64,000 bases of DNA from Puccinia triticina. Its lineage: Eukaryota. The stretch covers positions 4,154,001 through 4,218,000 of the forward strand of contig CP110440.1 of NCBI GenBank assembly GCA_026914245.1, written 5' to 3'. The notes below the pieces were generated by a model. It searched no databases. It saw only the letters and a list, made by a program, of their open reading frames with translations, and was not told the DNA's origin. Made by a program: the position numbers and the translations under genes. Each line of letters begins with the position of its first letter. Positions within the stretch are counted from its first letter, which is position 1. Below, one piece after another: positions 38,354 to 51,164 of the stretch.

Positions 38354-41275
38354 TTAATTAATTAGAGATGGTACTCTTGACTCCCTCTGCTTGTTAGGCG
38401 AGTACTCTCAAGTCATGGCGGACTGAACCAGCAACTTTACTTGGGGGACTATTACCACTGGAGGCATAGACGGTGAGCGGGCTATGAATTCAATCAGTGT
38501 TGCCAATATGTAATCTCACTCTACACAACAATCTAATCCCAGAATCACTTTGAGCTCCAGTCAACAGTAATTGCAAAGTTTTATTAATCTTTGTTGTAGC
38601 TGGGTGGAACCAAGTTTAAAGTGTTGGTGCTGAGATCTCCGACTTGGATGGTCTGATGGTTGCTGGTCGGAGTGTGAGCCATTTTTGAGAATCAAAGTCT
38701 GGGCCCGTCCGAATGCCAAAAACACGACCACCTGGTTTGGAGGAAACGGTGAATAGGCTGATAGGATCTAGTTTGGCGTGAAGTGTGTGTGTTCATCTGA
38801 AGAGGTGACAAAGGGTGTGGATGCTGGATGTGCTGAGGATGATGTGACATCTGGTGATCAGCGGACTTTGAAGTTGGGCCCCTTGGCTGGATGAACGACT
38901 TGGAAAAATCTGCCTCGGCCGCTGAGGGTGATGTGTCCCTCCAATAGCCGGATCACGCCCGACCGAGGCAAGTTATGTTAAACTTGTCTGAACTCAAGTT
39001 GCCAGCGGTTCTGCCATGATCAAGTTGGTTGCAATTTTGACAACTGACTGGAGGCCCAAATCTGAGCCGTCAATCTGATTGGTTCTTTGAATTGGACAGT
39101 GGTTTTGACTGCCAAAACCTAAATTGTGCAACTGCCGTGCATACACTTTCCCAAGGGCCAGTACTGCCAACTGGCCCTTGATAGAGTGACAAGCGGCCGT
39201 CCAACTGCTGAACGCCCCAATCCCTGAGCCAAGTCGTGGGTTTGAGGCAGGTTTGGCCGGCGGGTACCCGGGGACGTACCCGTTTTGCAAGGCGTTTGTT
39301 GAGCTGCTTGAGTTGGTATAGGTCAAGGTCCGGATGATGATAGCTGAGGTGCTGGTGGCGAACACCAAGTGGGGATTGAAGGGAGGGGCGCCTGTGATGA
39401 GGCGGCCGTGATTGTTGGAGTTATCAAAGAATTACAAGAAGTAAGGGCTTTGAGGGTCTGAAAATCAGAGCAGGCCAAGTCAATGACGATCACCAGGAAA
39501 AGAGGAACACTCAAATTCAACTTACCTTGGCATAAGGGCTACAATGCTTTTGTTCTTTGACTGGGACTTCGGAAAGGCAAACAATTCAGTGAGTCAGTAG
39601 GAAGATTCTTCTTTGATAATTGGTGACTAACGTCTATGGTTATCTTCTTGCACTGGAGCAGGTACATGCATCTGTGTAATCGCAAAAAAGAATTTGGTTA
39701 ATTTATGACAGGTGACATTTTATCCAGCGCCGCACATAACTATTGATCCATTGCAAATACACTTTTTGGCTTGAGGTGCACAATTTTGCATACCACGGAG
39801 ATCATCACCCAGTTGGCCGACAGAAGTATCCATGCGATGCGACTCCTCTTTAGTCCAGCGGGTAGAACCAAGGCTCTTGATCAATGTTTCACAACGTATA
39901 ATTAAGCCCGCAGCGGTGAAAGTTGGAGATAATCGTCTTAAACCAGGCCGGAAAGGATCGGAGTGGGCCTGATTCAGTCAAAGAGCAAGGTGCAGCCAGG
40001 CTAAAAAGAAGGACAAGTTGAGTCAAGCGGGGTCCACGTGACCTGTAGTGGTGATGATTTTTACAGTGTTGTAGTGTCCGCTTGTTCTGATACAAGGAGA
40101 AAAGGTAGTCCAGCAAGATATGGACAACCATACCAATATTGCGGAGCACACAGTGACAGTTGCCAGGGTGGTGCATTTCAGTCAATAGGGCCACGGCGGT
40201 GGCGTTGGGTGGTGTACAGATGTCAAAATGCAAGAGCATTGGTGACTGGAAGTCTATGAATACCGCCTTGAGGGACATTTATTTCCTCAGGCAACTCCTC
40301 GGGCTGGTTTCCAGCCGGGGGTTTGTCTCACCCCCGTCCGCTGTTGCACTTGCGCAGTTTGACGGGGAATACTCGTTGGCCCCCCTTGTGCTTAACCGCT
40401 GGGGGTCATCCTCTCACTTGTTTTTTGACCCTGCTAGACAGGGATGGACAGTGGGCCACAGTACATCAGCTTGCTGATGTTGGGTGGCAGGTTGCGGGCT
40501 TGTGGATTTGTGTATTGTTTTTTGATTGTGCTTTTGTGCTTTTGTATTTTGTGGGGAAAACCTTGATTTTTTTTCTGCTTTTTAATGTGGGGGAAACCCT
40601 TGACTTTTTTTCCTGTTTTTTGGTAATTTGTAGGGAGAACCCTTGATTTTTTTTTTCTGTGATTCACTGGCTTTAATATACTTGGATTTAACTGAATTAT
40701 GCCTGATACCTGCAGGATATTTTTGTATTTTGTTTGTATTGTGATACAATACAAAAAAATGTGATCTTTGTATCACGTTAGTGATACAATACTATGGTGT
40801 TGTATCTACAGGCAGATACAATACATTTGTATTTACAAATGATGTATTTGTCAACAGATACAATACAAAAATATCTGAAGATACTGTATTGTATAGTATC
40901 TGCTACACTGTTGCTCCTGCTGCCCCATGGCCAGTCCGGCACCCCCCTTGAGCCAACCCGTCCAAAGGGGTTTTGACTGCATGCACATCTTCACTGTACA
41001 GGCCTGTTGCTGAAATGCAGAAATCATTTTCAGCCACACAAGCCCGCAAGCTTTCTTGCTTCTGCTGTATAGATGAAACATTATTCCAGAATTAAGATTT
41101 TCTCTGCCAAATCTGAAAAACTTGACATGGCAAAAAACTCCGTTCTTTTTCAAGTCCATCCTTCAAAGGCGGGCACTTTGTGCCCAGGAGGGACTTTGTT
41201 AAGTTTGCCAGGGCCCTCCAAAGCTAGGGACTTGTGATAAGTCAGGGCTCATCAGCTTCCAGGCCAGAATTGGCC

Positions 41276-41823
41276 CTAACTTAACTAAGTCCCTCTATTG
41301 GAGGGGGACGCCGTCCTGCAGGGACCCTCCAAAGGAGGGACTTGTTTGCTATGCAGTAGAGAATTAGAAAAATGATGTTTTTCAATCCTTTCTGGACGCT
41401 TCATTTGTCATCAGGGAGAAAAATGTGCACATCATCATGGAGTTCCTTTGTACATATTTTGCAAATCTTTTGGGGCCTTGGGTGCCCCATGAAGTCTTTT
41501 TTTGTGATTGAAAAGTGTCCACTTCATTGTGCATTCCACATTTTGCACTGTACAGAATCTGAAATTGATAATGTTACAACTATGATTGCAGCTCAACCAG
41601 AGGAGTTGAGGATGAGAAAAAATAGTATCAAGAAGGGGACAGCTTAAGCCATCCCAGAAATGTAAATTAGAGCAAAAAAGGTTCAGAAACTTATGTGGGA
41701 GATTGGTTTTAAAAAATTCACCCGAAAATGCCTAATCCTCTACTGCTGCAGGGTGTACATAGCGCATAAGTCCCTCATTCGGAGGTTGCTGCACTACCCC
41801 AAGGAGGGAATTAGCTAAGTTAG
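41276..41823 (-). mobile_element. Non-autonomous AcademH-type element (548 bp)
   Basis: CTAACTTAACTAAGTCCCTC...TTAGCTAAGTTAG; perfect 9-bp TSD GAATTGGCC. The left end is the reverse complement of the right end of the element at 44538-51638. Confidence 0.88.
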
Positions 41824-42420
41824 GAATTGGCCACTTGGGGGCAGTGGAGGACTTCCTGTCAATCTGGAAAGTCAGATCTGAGCAGACAGATTTCAGATTT
41901 TGCAGGGAAATCTAGGTCCCCGAGGATCCCCGAAGCAATCCAGAGTTCCAGATTTCAGATTTCGCTGCAAAATCTGGGGCTCTCATCAACAGAGGCTGTC
42001 TTATGCTCAGGCGGGCTGACATTGAAAATTTTGCCCAGCAGCCAACACCAACCTGGCCTGAAGCCGGCCGGGATCAGGCGGCCCAATTGCCATCCCTGAA
42101 TTGTTATAAGAATAGAATATAGGACCCAAAAATATCCGCCCATATCGGCAGGTCTGGTAAGCTCGAATCTCAGATATCTAATGTGATGCGCGGTCATTTA
42201 CCACATATCCCGGATTATCTACTGAACAGCCCATGCGGGATACTGTCTAAGGGCTGAGGTGTGAGCATATGATTGACGTATCAGGACGGGACAAGACAAG
42301 CAACGCAGACGAGAGATAAAATCCTGTGTAAATAACTGAAGGTGCGTGGAACACCAGAAAATAGTCAGAACTCTGGATGGACTGATGAGGTTAACAAGGA
42401 ACAGGGAGGGGCACTGACGA

Positions 42421-42927
42421 TCAATCGAAAAGACCGAAGCCCATGTCGTCATCAGACTCTTCCTTTTCTTCGGCCTTGGCCTCTGCCTTAGGGGCCTCGG
42501 CAGCAGCAGCACCGCCAGCAGTAGCAGGGGCAGCGGCGGCGGCGCCACCACCACCACCCGAGGGAACAGACGCCAATTTAGTCGATCCTTCGGCAATCAG
42601 ATCGGCGATCGTCTTGTCCTTGAGTTCCGAGATCAGCTTCTGGAGTCGTTCCTCTTCGGAATCAACGCTGAGAAAATGTGCCCGCAGCTAATTAGATAAC
42701 GAAATTACTTCGCGAAACATAGTGATGAGAGTCGGTAAACTCACCCAACTGAGCTGAGGAGGGCTTTGACATCTTCGGCGGAAGGCTTGTCGTTCCCGCC
42801 TTGGCTGAGGAGTAGGTAGGCTCTGCATAGGTATGATGTGGGGAACATAGGTGAAAATTGTCAGTGGTCAGTTGAGGCGGATCGATGGATGCCATAGAAA
42901 ATGAGTGACTCACGCCAAATATTTCAT
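42421..42927 (-). CDS. RPP2: 60S acidic ribosomal protein P2, 3 exons
   Basis: Spliced product [49 protein letters not shown]...[16 protein letters not shown], with the canonical P-protein C-terminus. Confidence 0.97.
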
Positions 42928-43249
42928 CTTGAGTTAGGTCGGACGGGACAGCGAATCAATTTAAGCCGAGGCAGACTGCACTGATCAACGTCTGATGAGA
43001 AGCGGTGGTGGATATCGATTGGCTTGTCGTGTCACTGGGGCAGGCACCGGCCGATCAGAAACTCGGCGGCGGGAGGTCAGTGAGAAAGGGCGCAGCCGCA
43101 GCGGTGCGAGGCTGTCTCAACCCTACTTAGGTTTCCACTCAACCCTCGATGTGCCCGGCTGGGGCAACCGCTGTATGCACGCACCCGGCACCACTCACCT
43201 CGAAACGATAGGATCAAGGCAAGGCACCCTTTAATCCAAGCGTACCATC
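42928..43249. promoter_or_regulatory. Probable bidirectional promoter shared by RPP2 and RPS15
   Basis: Only 322 bp separate the divergent start codons; GC/CpG-rich and free of repeats. Confidence 0.65.
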
Positions 43250-43958
<709 letters not shown>

Positions 43959-45003
43959 AACTTGTTCGTTGGCAATGTAGGATTTTATCTTTTGTATGCG
44001 TCAGCATGCTTGCCTTGTCCTATCCCAACACATCAATCGTATGCCCATCATGCCCTATTCGCGCCCAATTATACTCCACTACTGCCGATCCATCGGCCTT
44101 TTCGACCGTTATGTATTGCAGACTTCTCGTGATGGGCAATCGGCTCATTCATTAGATGAAATGCTCGATGTTAAAGCAAACTCGTCCATGCACTGTGAGA
44201 GTTGCTGACTGGATTTTGACTGCCCCTAGGGCCTACATACGCAAGCTGAAAAGAGTGTGGACGAAGTGGCCTTCAGCGTTTTTTTGTGACAAACATCCAG
44301 CAGGTAACTGACATACTGCATGGCAATCACCCAGAACCCCCTTTGCCTCGATCGATGATTCTGCGTACTAGTTGAAATTCCTCTTGCCGGTTCATGACAC
44401 CTGTGGGGGGCAGGAGTCGACAAGACACCTAATAGGGTGACACTGACATAATGATATGAGCCTAGTCACGGTGCAGATAAAGATCAAGCCGGGAGCACGC
44501 TATGTATGTATACTCGATCTGGAGCAAGCATATTGCTCTAACTTAACACAAGCCCCTCTTTGGAGGGCCTGGTACAGCCTGGCTGGCGCGAAGCGCCCCT
44601 CGCGAAGCGAGCCTCCGAAGGAGGGACTTGCGCCGTATACCCCCCTACCCGCCCTACTCTTTTTGGCATTTGGCAGGGCATTATCTCACAATTGCTAGAA
44701 AAGCTGATCCACTCAACCTTTTTTTTTCTTGTTTAGTGTTCCAAGACCATCTGTTTCTGCTCTACTACCCTGCCAAGTCTCAGCCTTGCACCGGATGTAA
44801 GAGTGGTTTTATTTTATTTTTTAAACCTGAAAACTGCTTTGAAGCGCTGCTGTTGGCTGATTATGGTTTTACATATCTTCTCCAACCTTCCAATCCACAC
44901 CTCAAATACAGGGCACGTGACCTCCAAGCTCTTCTCAGCCAGTCGGCGGCAGTAAAGCAAGGCCTAAACACAACCAGACTTGCCCATCACACCCGGTCTT
45001 GTA

Positions 45004-45268
45004 CATAGCACCAGCTCAAAGTTTCATGAGCCTACAAGCCCGGGGTTTTCCTATCTTTCTGAAGATGTATCATCCCTTGAATCAAGCCTAGCTTCTCGAT
45101 TCTAGGGCTTGTTGTGACGTAGCCTTGCTTCCAACTGGACTTGCCAGTCTCGTAGCATCAGCTCAAAGTTTCATGAGCCTACACGCCCGGGGTTTTCCTA
45201 TCTTTGTGAATATCATCCCTTGAATCAAGCCTAGCGTCTCGATTCTAGGGCTTGTTGTGACGTAGTCT
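45004..45268 (+). repeat. Two-copy direct repeat (about 120-150 bp) upstream of the transposase
   Basis: 'agctcaaagtttcatgagcctaca...gattctagggcttgttgtgacgtag' occurs twice. Confidence 0.85.
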
Positions 45269-45564
45269 TCCGATTGTCTTGAGTGTAGTGATCTTGGCAT
45301 TGTACTATCTAGGCTTCCACCCGACTTTGGCCGTCCAAGTTTCAAGAAAATGGCGAGATACGGGCAAACTCACACCCGGGGTTTGCCATGTTGTTTCGCC
45401 TCATGCTCCTCATGGACAATTTGTGTCTGATTCAAGTGGTCTCTCAATAAATAAGGGTATAAAATACCTTGTCTTGCTCCAAAGATCCCCTTCCTCGTGT
45501 TTCCACATCCACACAATTCTTGCGCACTACATACACTTCTAGTACCAATTGCCTTTAGCCATCA

Positions 45565-48449
45565 ATGGATTCTGTCAGACGCCCTCGACTTAGCATGGCT
45601 GAGAAACTCAGCTCCATCTGTGCGCATATGGAAACTCTCCAAATGAACCCAAAGACCTTCTTAGAAGCCTTCTTGAATCATCCCAATGAGAATTTTGCCT
45701 TTTGTCGCCGCTTCTGGGGCACCGGACATGGTTGGGACTCATCAAGAAGACTTCTTGAGACCATCAGGTCTTTGGTATGTTCGCACAGGGAAGGCCAATC
45801 CTACTGGGAAGATTTCATCTTAGACCAGGTGGATGTTCCTTTTTTTTCTTCTATCTCGGAAACAACCACTGACTAATGTTTTTCCCTATCTCAGGCCGTG
45901 AATATTGTTGTGGCCCAGCGTCCTCCAAGTGGCATTTATCCAAACGGGTCATATATAAACTCCAATCGAGTTACGGAAGAATTTTTCACTCACAAGCAGC
46001 ATTTCGCACGTAACAATGCTCTGACTACCGATATGCCCTTTCTCTATCGGTTACTCTGCTCCAAACTTTTGGGACCAAATATTCCGGACCCAAATGATCC
46101 TGTTGATCTAGCTGATGTGGATGTTGATGATCCCACTGGCCTGGGAATCGACCAACCTGGTTTGCATCCAATTGACCCCTCAGTTCACAATGTCAGTGGG
46201 GGGACAGTTATAACCGAAGAAGATGTCAGTGCTGTTGATGGAACTCACCTTGAAGTCAACGCGGATCCGGCTGCCCGGAGAAAAGCAAGGGCTGAAACGG
46301 TTAGCACTCACTCTTGTGGATCCTACATAGTTCTTTGGCTTATGGGTGATCTGTCAACAGATAGCGCGCACAGTCTGTGCCATGGTGGCCTTTGGGACCA
46401 ATCGCCGGCATAATGCATGCCAATTGAGCAATTCGCTGCTCCTCTTGGCATCAGGAGTATCCGAGCGAGTTAGTAGCTACCTCAATTATATTGGATTGGC
46501 ATCCTCACGCAAGACAGCACATGCTGGCCTCCAAGCGCTGGGGCGAGAGGCTGAACGGAAGATCATAGGTAGATTTGCTTTGGAGACCAATCCGCTGATT
46601 GCTCCAATTATATGTTACGATAACTTGGATTTTCAACAAAAGGTCCACATGAAGTCCGTTGGGCATTCTAGTGTCATGTTCCATGGGACTTGGGCATATA
46701 TCCATTCACCTTCCCCCAAGTTACTATCCACCTTGAACCCGGAGAATCTGACTACTGAAGCGCTGAACAATGCACTACATGCCGCATCAAAGCTCACCAT
46801 CACTCCGCAGATGATCGCTCCGCCTCTTGAAAGCTCTTTGCATTTTGAGGCCTCACTCAAGGCTCAGATCACCCGCGTGGTCCTACAATACGTTGCCCGA
46901 CCTGTGGATACTAATGTGAAACTTTATCAACATTCCCCACCTGTTGATCCTTTGAAGCCCGAGGACCCCAACATTGCTATGATGAAACTTATGATAGCCT
47001 CGGACAACTCGGCGCAGGGGGTCGGGGAGGTCTTCACCGGCCTCATTCAACAATCGGGCTTGACCCCAGCTGCTTTTCACTCGCGACTTCAGATCATTGA
47101 GGGAGACTTGGGCTCCTGCAACTTGTTTGACAGCCTACGGAAGCAACGAGCCCCAGGAGTGACAATGGAAAGCAGCCTTGATAACGCCCTAGCAATCCCA
47201 GGCGCCTCTCATACCCTCTGGAACATCGCGCAATCTATCTTCTTGGCTCACTGGGGCAATGAGAAGCGCAGTCGAGATACTGGCGCTTGGCGCACCCTTC
47301 ACGCTTTGGGGGTACCTGCCGAAAAGCCAGTGACCAAGAAGGACTTCAACTTAATGCTTTCGCATATCGAGAAGATACACGAAGTCACCCTGCTATATTT
47401 GACTTTGTGAGGTATTTTCATCCATATTTCCTTTGAAAAAAGTCAACCGATGTATTCTTTGGGTTACCAGGGTGGTAATGGGGAAAGACGATCGCCCCTT
47501 AGATGAAAAACTCATCCCGCTGAGGTCAGATGCTATCAAAAGCCTTGTTGACATTACGTACAACCGATACTGCTCAGGAGAGGCACGTCGCTCGGATTTA
47601 GCGACTACATCTCCAACGTTCTCCAACATGCTCTTGCGCATACGTGATTTTTCTACAATTATTGAAGCTAATCGCGCGATGAGGGCCGGGGATCCCGGCC
47701 GCCTGATATTAATGTGGCAACGCTGGTCTGTGATGAGCCAGGCAATGCCAAAGCTGCCTCATTATTCGAAGCATCTACCCAAGCTGGTTCTGCTGTTGCA
47801 GGAGATCCTGCCCAAAGATCTGGCGAAAATTGTGAAAAGCTCAATGCTTATATCTCCAACAGGAAGACACGAGCACTTTGTTGCAACTGATTTCTACCTT
47901 GAAGTCCAGAACTATTGGCTGAAGTACTTCTTCAACCATTCTGGCATTGGCACCAACATTGAACGGTTAAAAGATGTATTCTCCATCAACATTCCAACGG
48001 TGCGTTCACAAATCTTAAATTTTCACACTAGTATGTACCTCAGTAGCTGACACCCAAATCATTTTTAGTTACGATATCTCTTGCAATCATTAAAGCTTGA
48101 GTCTGGCTGTCGGCTTGTCCAGCAATCTCACAAGAACAGGCTATCTAACCTCTCAATCAATTCTTATCTCCGCATGGCTCGTTCGGAGAACCTTGCTCGC
48201 CCTGAGGACCACAATGGGTTCAAACCCGAAGCAACATCAGATTTCTATGCCTTGGGAATTGTCAAGCTCCAAAATCAATTTCGCACTGCAGGTCTGGACA
48301 ATTTCAAGCCTATCAGCCCAGGTATAATGCAGTTGAATGAGCAAAATCAAGAAAGTAACAATCAGATGCAGGCCGAAGTTGAAGCTAACGAAAGCGGAAA
48401 TGAACTCAGTGACCAATCAAATGAATCCAGCGAAGAAGGATCCAATTGA
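45565..48449 (+). CDS. Academ-type DDE transposase (DUF6589-like), 5 exons, about 874 aa
   Basis: Exons 45565-45828, 45895-46299, 46361-47406, 47471-47999 and 48069-48449 splice in frame with no stops. Candidate catalytic motifs IICYDNLD, IIEGDLGS, DFYLEVQN; also PGASHTLWN. Confidence 0.88.
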
Positions 48450-48452
48450 TGT

Positions 48453-51164
48453 TCACTCACCCATGCTTTCTCCAGACCCTTGCGCATGTACATCCTTAAA
48501 TTCCTCCAATGCAACCCGATCTCCTTCCTCCTTCGCCACCTGTTTGCAATTTCTCTGTTTTTGGAGGAGGCGATTCAGATGGGCCTTCTTTTTGTTATTC
48601 ACCCTAGTCTCTCGGCGTAGTCGCCGCTCTTCTGCCTTCCGATTCTCTTCTTCAAGGCGTGCTTCTTCTCTTGCAAGTACCTTTTCACGTCTCTCAGCCG
48701 CTTTCTTGGCGGCCTCTTGCATTGCAGCTTGTGCTTTGACCTCGCGAGCTGCCATACGGGCCTCTGCTTTAGCCTTTCTTGCGGCGAGTTTGCGTGCCTC
48801 TTCAATTGCCACTTTTGCAGCCCGTGCTTGGGATTTGGCTATTTTCTCGGCTTCCTTCCTGGCGGCGTCCTCCTTTTCTTTGATGGCCTTGAGTTCAGCC
48901 CTTCCGGCGGCGCGCGCAAGGGCTTGAGATTCTAGTAGAGCTATCCGGTCCGCTTCTATTGCTTCCTCCTCTGCATGGATCTCTCGGCGTAATCGATGAT
49001 ACTTCTCTTCCATATACTTTTTGTGATCCCTGCGCTGTTGAAGGTGCGCTTGGTGAAATTCCCCATCAAACCATGATTTCAGCGAATCTTTGAGCCAGTT
49101 AACCTGACCTGAGAAGTATTGGCCTCCCATCAACTTTTCCAAAAAAATCAGTTGCAGGTCGTGGTCCTCAGATGACTGGACCTGATCCAAAGAGCCCACA
49201 ATCATAGTAGCCTGAGAGTAACCGAAGAAAGTAGAGGGTACATGTTCGTGAGATTCAGAACCTGGCAGTGAGTTGAAGAAGCCTCTGAAGCCTTCTACTA
49301 AATGATTGACCAAGTGTTGTTGGACCTCAGGAGGTAAATTGCAAGTCCCCTTAGTCGCATTTGGCTTGCGTTTTCGGGTCATAGTTTGGATGGTGGTATC
49401 TTTGATTATACCAAAAGGATTGGCAAGCATGGCATCGAAATTGTCGATGTTCATTTGCTGGACCTTATCTAGGATTTCCTTTGATGCCTCAGGCAAACAG
49501 TTCGAACATTCACAAGTCTTGAAAAGGGCGCGAATTTCTCTTTCCTTCTCGGCCAGATAGTTGGGGTCCTTTGCACAGATGGGAATGTACCCAATCCTGA
49601 TTGCACACAGGTTTCAGTCACCACAAAAATTACGAGAGAGTGAATGAGGGAATGGGCTGAACTTATTATCTACACTTGTGACCACCCTCAAGCACAGTTT
49701 GGTGACGGCCAAGGCATCCATGCGATCATCGTCATCTTGGGATAAGGGATTTTCGAAATCGGACTCTGAATTCTTCCCCTTTTTCCGAGTTGGCTCCATG
49801 AATAAGAAAGCTAATCCCGGCTTCCCATCCCTCCCGCAACGGCCAATCATCTGAACAATTGATGAGGGGTCACCGCGGCCCATGTGAATGACACACCGGA
49901 CACGTTTAAGGTTTTGGCCAAGCCCTAATGCCATGGTAGCCGATACAATGGGAAACTTCCCTTCACAAAAATCCTTAACAGTAGTCGCCTTATCCTCGTC
50001 CGCCGTAACTGCGTGGAACCGACGGATAAATTCATCATGTGGATCGTACTCGTGCTTACGTGTCTTGCGTGCTTGATTGACAACCTTCATCACCTGAAAA
50101 GTGAGGTTTCGAGACCCAGAATAGATCAAGGTAGGGACTGTATCTTTGGCGGCGGTATACGTATGAGGAGCAAACATCTTCAGGAGATCATCACAGGATG
50201 CAAGCGTAAACTCCATTCGCACTTGGATGATTCGTATCTCTGGTCGTGTCAGTTCTCCGTCCAGCATAGTGATATCCTCAGGCTGTAACATGAGGTTCGA
50301 GATAATAGATTTGACGGCTATTGGTCGACAGGTGGCCGATAGTAAGAGGAGGGGTACCTTGTTGGTGGCTGTCAATCGGGTCCCAAGGTGACCGTAAGAG
50401 ATTCGGAATGGTCCACGGTCGTCGTGTCGAGCAAATGAGTTGAGTCCTTTGGTTTGTCTAGACGCTACCAGTCCCCACAAGTACACCATGTGTGCCTCGT
50501 CCACAACAATTAGAGCCAACTTGTTTTGAAATTTATCACTGAAGAACATCTCGGTGAATAGGGGGCTGTTGAGAAATACTTCTGGACTCTAATCAATCAA
50601 ACAAATCAATCAGAGAGTCTGTCAGTCTTACTACAATTTAATAATTACATCAAAAGATAAGACAGACCAGGTAGACAAAACTATAATCTCCATTCTTTAT
50701 CTTTTTGATGATGTTGAAATTCATCGTCATCTTGTTTAAGTTGACTGCCGTAATGTTCACCAGCTGCTTCTCCCTCACCTGTCGCCCCGAGAAAGTAAAT
50801 TTGTAACATGTTCAGCTAGCATAAACGTGCAAAGAAATAATATGTCTAATATAATTACCTGATCATCCCCGAGAGAATCCAGTGGATTCAACACAAGGAC
50901 AATGACTTGGCTTGAAAACAGCTTAAAATACATCTCCGAGATCCTGGTCTTCCCAAAGCCAGTGCCAGCTCGAACAAAACAGTTTTCCCCACGAGCAAGG
51001 GCAGACACAGTTTGTACCTGTAGAGACTTGGGTTCATCATGATAAAAGTCCTTTGAAACCGATCTGATGTAGCTAGAGAGTAGTTCATCGCTAAGGCCTG
51101 TAATCTTTTTCGGCAGTGAGACAGCTTGTTTTTTGACGGAAGTGATATCGGCGTTGTTTTCCAT
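48453..51164 (-). CDS. RecQ-like superfamily-2 helicase, 4 exons, about 828 aa
   Basis: Exons 51164-50859, 50778-50668, 50588-49663 and 49596-48453 are in frame. Motifs AGTGFGKT, DEAH, SAT, ATMALGLG, QMIGRCGRDG, Zn-binding CECSNC, and a long E/K/R/A-rich C-terminal helix. Confidence 0.92.

Noticed and set aside
38400..40300. Minus-strand multi-exon gene
   Set aside because: Coding-like patches with many stops and frameshifts; no family could be assigned.
40439..42098. Single hAT element bounded by CAGGGATGG inverted ends
   Set aside because: The flanks show no 8-bp duplication, so the two ends cannot be paired confidently.
48337..48927. 196-aa plus-strand ORF
   Set aside because: Antisense shadow of the helicase's low-complexity charged tail.
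48453..51164. Host RecQ/Sgs1 DNA-repair gene
   Set aside because: It lies between TIRs with a perfect 9-bp TSD next to a transposase, and lacks the long Sgs1 N-terminus.
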